From the NCBI RefSeq assembly GCF_000010065.1, contig NC_006576.1:330001-362000 (forward strand): 32,000 bases of DNA, in the 5' to 3' direction. How positions within the stretch are numbered: position 1 is the stretch's first letter; the number at the start of each line of letters is the position of its first letter. The notes under the pieces were generated by a model that was not told the origin of the DNA, searched no databases, and saw only the letters and a program-made list of their open reading frames with translations. The translations under genes were made by a program, and so were the position numbers. Below, piece after piece: positions 27,606 to 32,000 of the stretch. Source of the stretch: Synechococcus elongatus PCC 6301 (GTDB taxonomy: Bacteria; Cyanobacteriota; Cyanobacteriia; Synechococcales; Synechococcaceae).

Positions 27606-28937
27606 ATGAGTCAATTTTCTCGGCGCAAATTCCTGTTGACGGCGGGCGGAACTGCAGCAGCAGCCCTCTGGCTCAATGCCTGCGGTAGCAACAACAGCTC
27701 CACTGATACGACTGGTTCGACTTCAACCCCGGCTCCCAGCGGTACGAGTGGCGGCGATGCGCCAGAAGTCAAAGGTGTGACCTTGGGCTTCATTGCCCTG
27801 ACCGATGCAGCGCCGGTGATCATCGCCCTCGAAAAAGGTTTGTTCGCCAAGTACGGCCTACCCGACACCAAGGTCGTCAAGCAAACCTCTTGGGCTGTCA
27901 CCCGCGACAACCTTGAGTTGGGCAGCGATCGCGGCGGCATCGACGGTGCCCACATCCTTAGCCCAATGCCCTACTTGCTGACGGCGGGCACGATCACCAA
28001 GTCGCAGAAGCCGCTGCCGATGTACATCTTGGCGCGACTCAATACCCAAGGTCAGGGCATTTCGCTTTCCAACGAGTTTCTGGCTGAAAAGGTTCAGATT
28101 AAGGATCCAAAACTGAAGGCGATCGCCGACCAGAAGAAAGCCTCAGGCAAACTGCTGAAAGCAGCAGTCACTTTCCCTGGCGGTACCCACGACCTCTGGA
28201 TGCGCTACTGGCTGGCAGCCAATGGCATTGATCCCAACAATGACGCCGACCTGGTGGTGATTCCGCCGCCACAGATGGTCGCCAACATGCAGACCGGTAC
28301 CATGGACACCTTCTGTGTGGGTGAGCCGTGGAATGCACGCTTGGTCAACAAAAAACTCGGTTACACCGCTGCTGTGACTGGCGAACTCTGGAAGTTCCAC
28401 CCCGAAAAAGCGCTGACGATTCGCGCAGATTGGGCAGACAAAAATCCCAAAGCAACAATGGCACTGCTCAAGGCTGTGCAAGAAGCCCAAATCTGGTGCG
28501 AAGATCCCGCCAACTTGGATGAGCTCTGCCAAATCACTGCTCAAGACAAATACTTCAAAACCAGCGTCGAAGACATCAAACCCCGCCTCCAAGGCGACAT
28601 CGACTATGGCGATGGCCGGTCGGTCAAAAACTCTGACCTGCGGATGCGCTTCTGGAGTGAAAACGCCTCCTTCCCCTACAAGAGCCATGATCTCTGGTTC
28701 CTGACTGAGGACATTCGCTGGGGTTATCTGCCCGCTTCGACCGATACAAAAGCCTTGATCGAGAAGGTCAACCGTAGCGATCTCTGGCGCGAAGCTGCTA
28801 AGGCGATTGGTCGCGAGCAAGATATTCCGGCTAGCGATTCCCGGGGGGTAGAGACCTTCTTTGACGGTGTCACCTTCGACCCTGAAAATCCCCAGGCCTA
28901 TCTCGACGGTCTCAAGTTCAAAGCCATCAAAGCCTAA
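27606..28937 (+). CDS. nrtA: nitrate/nitrite ABC transporter substrate-binding lipoprotein
   Basis: MSQFSRRKFLLTAGGTAAAALWLNACGSNN Tat-like/lipobox N-terminus, then LGFIALTDAAPVIIALEKGLFAKYGLPD...; first nrt gene after nirA. Confidence 0.96.
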   Translation: MSQFSRRKFLLTAGGTAAAALWLNACGSNNSSTDTTGSTSTPAPSGTSGGDAPEVKGVTLGFIALTDAAPVIIALEKGLFAKYGLPDTKVVKQTSWAVTRDNLELGSDRGGIDGAHILSPMPYLLTAGTITKSQKPLPMYILARLNTQGQGISLSNEFLAEKVQIKDPKLKAIADQKKASGKLLKAAVTFPGGTHDLWMRYWLAANGIDPNNDADLVVIPPPQMVANMQTGTMDTFCVGEPWNARLVNKKLGYTAAVTGELWKFHPEKALTIRADWADKNPKATMALLKAVQEAQIWCEDPANLDELCQITAQDKYFKTSVEDIKPRLQGDIDYGDGRSVKNSDLRMRFWSENASFPYKSHDLWFLTEDIRWGYLPASTDTKALIEKVNRSDLWREAAKAIGREQDIPASDSRGVETFFDGVTFDPENPQAYLDGLKFKAIKA

Positions 28938-28951
28938 GTCGTCCTGTTCAC

Positions 28952-28975
28952 GCCTGCGATCGCGCGATCGCAGGC
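28952..28975. repeat. perfect 24-bp palindrome (two overlapping HIP1 motifs) in the nrtA-nrtB spacer
   Basis: GCCTGCGATCGC|GCGATCGCAGGC. Confidence 0.95.
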
Positions 28976-28993
28976 ACTCACCCCGCCCCTGTC

Positions 28994-29833
28994 ATGACTG
29001 TCACGCTTCGCCCCCCCAGTTCTGTCCGTCGCTCTGCTTGGGTTAAAAATCCAAAGCTCAAGCCCTTTCTGCCCTACGTTGTCTGCCTGCCAATTTTTCT
29101 GGCGATCTGGCAAGTGATCTCGGCCATCCTCGGCCAAGATCGGCTACCTGGCCCGATCAACGTTGTGGCCAACACTTGGATGCCCTACATCGTCGAGCCC
29201 TTCTTTGATAACGGCGGTACCAGCAAAGGTCTCGGCCTCCAGATTTTGATCTCCCTCCAGCGGGTAGCGATCGGCTATCTCTTGGCAGCCTGCACGGGCA
29301 TCTTGGTCGGTGGTGTTCTAGGGATGAGTAAATTCCTGGGCAAAGGGTTGGATCCGGTGATCCAAGTCTTGCGAACAGTGCCGCCCTTGGCTTGGTTCCC
29401 TATCTCCTTGATGGTGTTTCAAGATGCCAATACCTCGGCAATCTTCGTCATCTTTATCACGGCGATCTGGCCGATCATTATCAATACAGCCGTGGGAATT
29501 AACCAAATTCCCGATGACTATAACAACGTTGCTCGCGTCCTAAAGCTGAGCAAAAAAGATTACATCCTCAACATCCTGATTCCTTCGACCGTTCCCTACG
29601 TTTTTGCAGGTTTGAGAATTGCGGTTGGCCTAGCGTGGCTGGCGATCGTCGCTGCTGAGATGCTCAAAGCGGACGGTGGCATTGGCTACTTTATTTGGGA
29701 TGCCTACAACGCAGGGGGTGACGGTAGCTCGAGCCAGATTATTCTGGCCATCTTCTACGTCGGTTTAGTCGGTCTTAGTCTCGATCGCCTCGTGGCTTGG
29801 GTCGGTCGGCTCGTCAGTCCTGTCAGTCGCTAG
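28994..29833 (+). CDS. nrtB: nitrate/nitrite ABC transporter permease
   Basis: 279 aa polytopic; LQILISLQRVAIGYLLAACTGILVGG, VLRTVPPLAWFPISLM, and AGLRIAVGLAWLAIVAAEM permease EAA-like region. Confidence 0.96.
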   Translation: MTVTLRPPSSVRRSAWVKNPKLKPFLPYVVCLPIFLAIWQVISAILGQDRLPGPINVVANTWMPYIVEPFFDNGGTSKGLGLQILISLQRVAIGYLLAACTGILVGGVLGMSKFLGKGLDPVIQVLRTVPPLAWFPISLMVFQDANTSAIFVIFITAIWPIIINTAVGINQIPDDYNNVARVLKLSKKDYILNILIPSTVPYVFAGLRIAVGLAWLAIVAAEMLKADGGIGYFIWDAYNAGGDGSSSQIILAIFYVGLVGLSLDRLVAWVGRLVSPVSR

Positions 29834-29847
29834 GGAGCCCTATCGCC

Positions 29848-31827
29848 ATGTCTGTTTTCTTAGCGGTTGACCACGTTCATCAGGTCTTTGACCTACCGGG
29901 TGGCGGACAATATATCGCCCTCAAAGATGTCAGTTTGAATATTCGCCCCGGCGAATTTATCTCCTTGATTGGCCACTCCGGCTGTGGTAAATCGACGCTG
30001 CTCAACTTGATTGCTGGCCTTGCCCAACCCAGCAGCGGCGGCATCATTCTTGAAGGTCGGCAGGTCACGGAACCTGGCCCCGATCGCATGGTGGTTTTCC
30101 AGAACTATTCGCTCTTACCGTGGCGAACTGTCCGCCAGAATATCGCCCTTGCCGTCGATAGTGTTCTGCACGATCGCAATCGCACCGAGCGCCGCACGAT
30201 TATCGAAGAAACCATTGATCTTGTTGGGTTGCGGGCCGCAGCCGACAAATATCCCCACGAGATTTCCGGCGGGATGAAACAGCGGGTCGCGATCGCACGC
30301 GGCTTGGCGATTCGGCCCAAACTGCTACTCCTAGATGAACCCTTTGGTGCCTTGGATGCCCTGACCCGTGGCAACCTGCAAGAGCAACTGATGCGGATTT
30401 GCCAAGAGGCTGGTGTGACGGCGGTGATGGTCACCCATGATGTCGACGAGGCATTGTTGCTCTCCGATCGCGTCGTGATGCTAACGAACGGTCCCGCCGC
30501 CCAAATCGGTCAGATTCTGGAAGTTGATTTCCCCCGTCCCCGCCAACGGCTGGAGATGATGGAAACGCCTCACTACTACGATCTGCGCAACGAGCTGATC
30601 AACTTCCTACAGCAACAGCGACGGGCCAAGCGGCGAGCCAAAGCTGCAGCACCAGCTCCGGCTGTGGCAGCGTCGCAGCAGAAAACTGTCCGACTGGGCT
30701 TTTTGCCCGGCAACGACTGCGCTCCCTTGGCGATCGCTCAAGAATTGGGTCTGTTCCAAGACCTCGGTCTGTCCGTGGAACTGCAGTCCTTCCTGACCTG
30801 GGAGGCACTGGAAGACAGCATCCGGCTGGGGCAACTGGAGGGCGCCTTGATGATGGCGGCCCAGCCCCTCGCCATGACCATGGGTCTGGGGGGACACCGG
30901 CCTTTCGCGATCGCAACACCCCTGACGGTCAGCCGCAACGGTGGGGCGATCGCCCTCTCCCGTCGCTACCTCAACGCCGGTGTACGCAGCCTCGAAGATC
31001 TCTGCCAGTTCTTAGCTGCAACTCCCCAGCGATTGCGCCTCGCCATTCCTGATCCAATTGCCATGCCAGCCCTGCTGCTGCGCTATTGGTTGGCCAGCGC
31101 CGGCCTCAACCCCGAGCAAGACGTTGAGCTGGTGGGAATGTCGCCCTACGAAATGGTGGAGGCACTCAAAGCCGGTGACATCGATGGCTTTGCGGCGGGT
31201 GAAATGCGGATTGCTCTCGCCGTCCAAGCAGGAGCCGCCTACGTCCTAGCAACCGATTTGGACATCTGGGCGGGACATCCTGAGAAGGTTTTGGGGCTGC
31301 CAGAAGCGTGGCTACAAGTGAATCCTGAAACCGCGATCGCCCTTTGCTCGGCCCTGCTCAAAGCCGGCGAACTCTGCGACGATCCTCGTCAGCGCGATCG
31401 CATTGTCGAGGTCTTGCAACAACCGCAATATCTCGGGTCTGCTGCCGGCACGGTGCTACAGCGCTACTTTGACTTTGGCTTGGGCGATGAACCCACCCAA
31501 ATTCTGCGCTTCAACCAATTCCACGTCGATCAGGCCAACTACCCCAATCCGCTCGAGGGCACTTGGCTGCTGACTCAGCTCTGCCGCTGGGGTCTGACGC
31601 CCTTACCCAAAAACCGGCAGGAATTGCTCGATCGCGTCTATCGCCGCGATATCTACGAAGCCGCGATCGCTGCCGTGGGCTTCCCGCTCATCACTCCCAG
31701 TCAGCGAGGCTTCGAACTCTTCGATGCGGTGCCCTTCGACCCCGATAGCCCGCTGCGCTACCTCGAACAATTCGAGATCAAAGCGCCGATTCAGGTTGCT
31801 CCCATTCCGCTTGCTACCTCTGCCTAG
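29848..31827 (+). CDS. nrtC: nitrate transporter ATP-binding protein fused to an NrtA-like domain
   Basis: Walker A IGHSGCGKSTLLNLIAGL, ISGGMKQRVAIARGLAIRPKLLLLDEPFGALD; from about residue 280, VRLGFLPGNDCAPLAIAQELGLFQDLGLSVELQSF... resembles NrtA. Confidence 0.96.
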   Translation: MSVFLAVDHVHQVFDLPGGGQYIALKDVSLNIRPGEFISLIGHSGCGKSTLLNLIAGLAQPSSGGIILEGRQVTEPGPDRMVVFQNYSLLPWRTVRQNIALAVDSVLHDRNRTERRTIIEETIDLVGLRAAADKYPHEISGGMKQRVAIARGLAIRPKLLLLDEPFGALDALTRGNLQEQLMRICQEAGVTAVMVTHDVDEALLLSDRVVMLTNGPAAQIGQILEVDFPRPRQRLEMMETPHYYDLRNELINFLQQQRRAKRRAKAAAPAPAVAASQQKTVRLGFLPGNDCAPLAIAQELGLFQDLGLSVELQSFLTWEALEDSIRLGQLEGALMMAAQPLAMTMGLGGHRPFAIATPLTVSRNGGAIALSRRYLNAGVRSLEDLCQFLAATPQRLRLAIPDPIAMPALLLRYWLASAGLNPEQDVELVGMSPYEMVEALKAGDIDGFAAGEMRIALAVQAGAAYVLATDLDIWAGHPEKVLGLPEAWLQVNPETAIALCSALLKAGELCDDPRQRDRIVEVLQQPQYLGSAAGTVLQRYFDFGLGDEPTQILRFNQFHVDQANYPNPLEGTWLLTQLCRWGLTPLPKNRQELLDRVYRRDIYEAAIAAVGFPLITPSQRGFELFDAVPFDPDSPLRYLEQFEIKAPIQVAPIPLATSA

Positions 31828-31836
31828 GTCTTGACC

Positions 31837-32000
31837 ATGACTGCGATCCTTCCCTCCACGGCTGCAACGGTGAATACGGGTTTTCTTCATTTCGATTGTG
31901 TTGGCAAAACCTTCCCAACGCCCCGGGGTCCCTACGTGGCGATCGAGGACGTTAATCTCTCGGTGCAACAGGGTGAATTTATCTGTGTGATCGGCCACTC
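31837..32000 (+). CDS. nrtD: nitrate transporter ATP-binding protein, truncated by the window edge
   Basis: MTAILPSTAATVNTGFLHFDCVGKTFPTPRGPYVAIEDVNLSVQQGEFICVIGHS; position after nrtC. Confidence 0.9.
   Translation, partial: MTAILPSTAATVNTGFLHFDCVGKTFPTPRGPYVAIEDVNLSVQQGEFICVIGH

Noticed and set aside
1-32000. CRISPR array, transposase or phage signature
   Set aside because: No regularly spaced direct repeats, and no transposase, integrase or phage proteins in the ORF track.
23747-32000. nitrate-assimilation locus as a new system
   Set aside because: Gene set and order (ntcB-nirB divergent from nirA-nrtABCD) match the well-described cyanobacterial nitrate-assimilation locus.

Overview
The window is ordinary cyanobacterial chromosome. 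HIP1 (GCGATCGC) octamers are very dense, and the gene content fits a Synechococcus elongatus PCC 7942/6301-like strain (organism inferred from gene content and motifs, not searched). Clearest content: the nitrate-assimilation locus at the right end, with nirB-ntcB on the minus strand diverging from nirA-nrtA-nrtB-nrtC-nrtD' on the plus strand; psaF-psaJ; tpiA; tsaD; a CrtISO-type carotenoid isomerase; and transport/housekeeping genes (TrkA-type NAD-binding protein, Na+/H+ antiporter, ClC channel, ArsA/Get3-like ATPase, M48 protease, SbcD-like phosphoesterase, GST, class V aminotransferase, Wzt-like ABC ATPase, Crp/Fnr regulator). I found no CRISPR array, transposon, prophage, rRNA or tRNA, and no convincing new multi-gene system. 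Items worth a second look: two conserved genes split by single-base frame changes (RdgB-like near 322, RlmL-like near 3103); an orphan remnant of a nitrate/sulfonate-type ABC ATPase C-terminal domain with an in-frame TGA (about 20459-20880); a divergent nirB/nirA control region with three GTAN8TAC boxes plus a TGCAN5TGCA element; a perfect 24-bp palindrome between nrtA and nrtB; CTTAACCT-like tandem repeats near 13423-13453; and two uncharacterised small genes tightly linked to the carotenoid isomerase gene.
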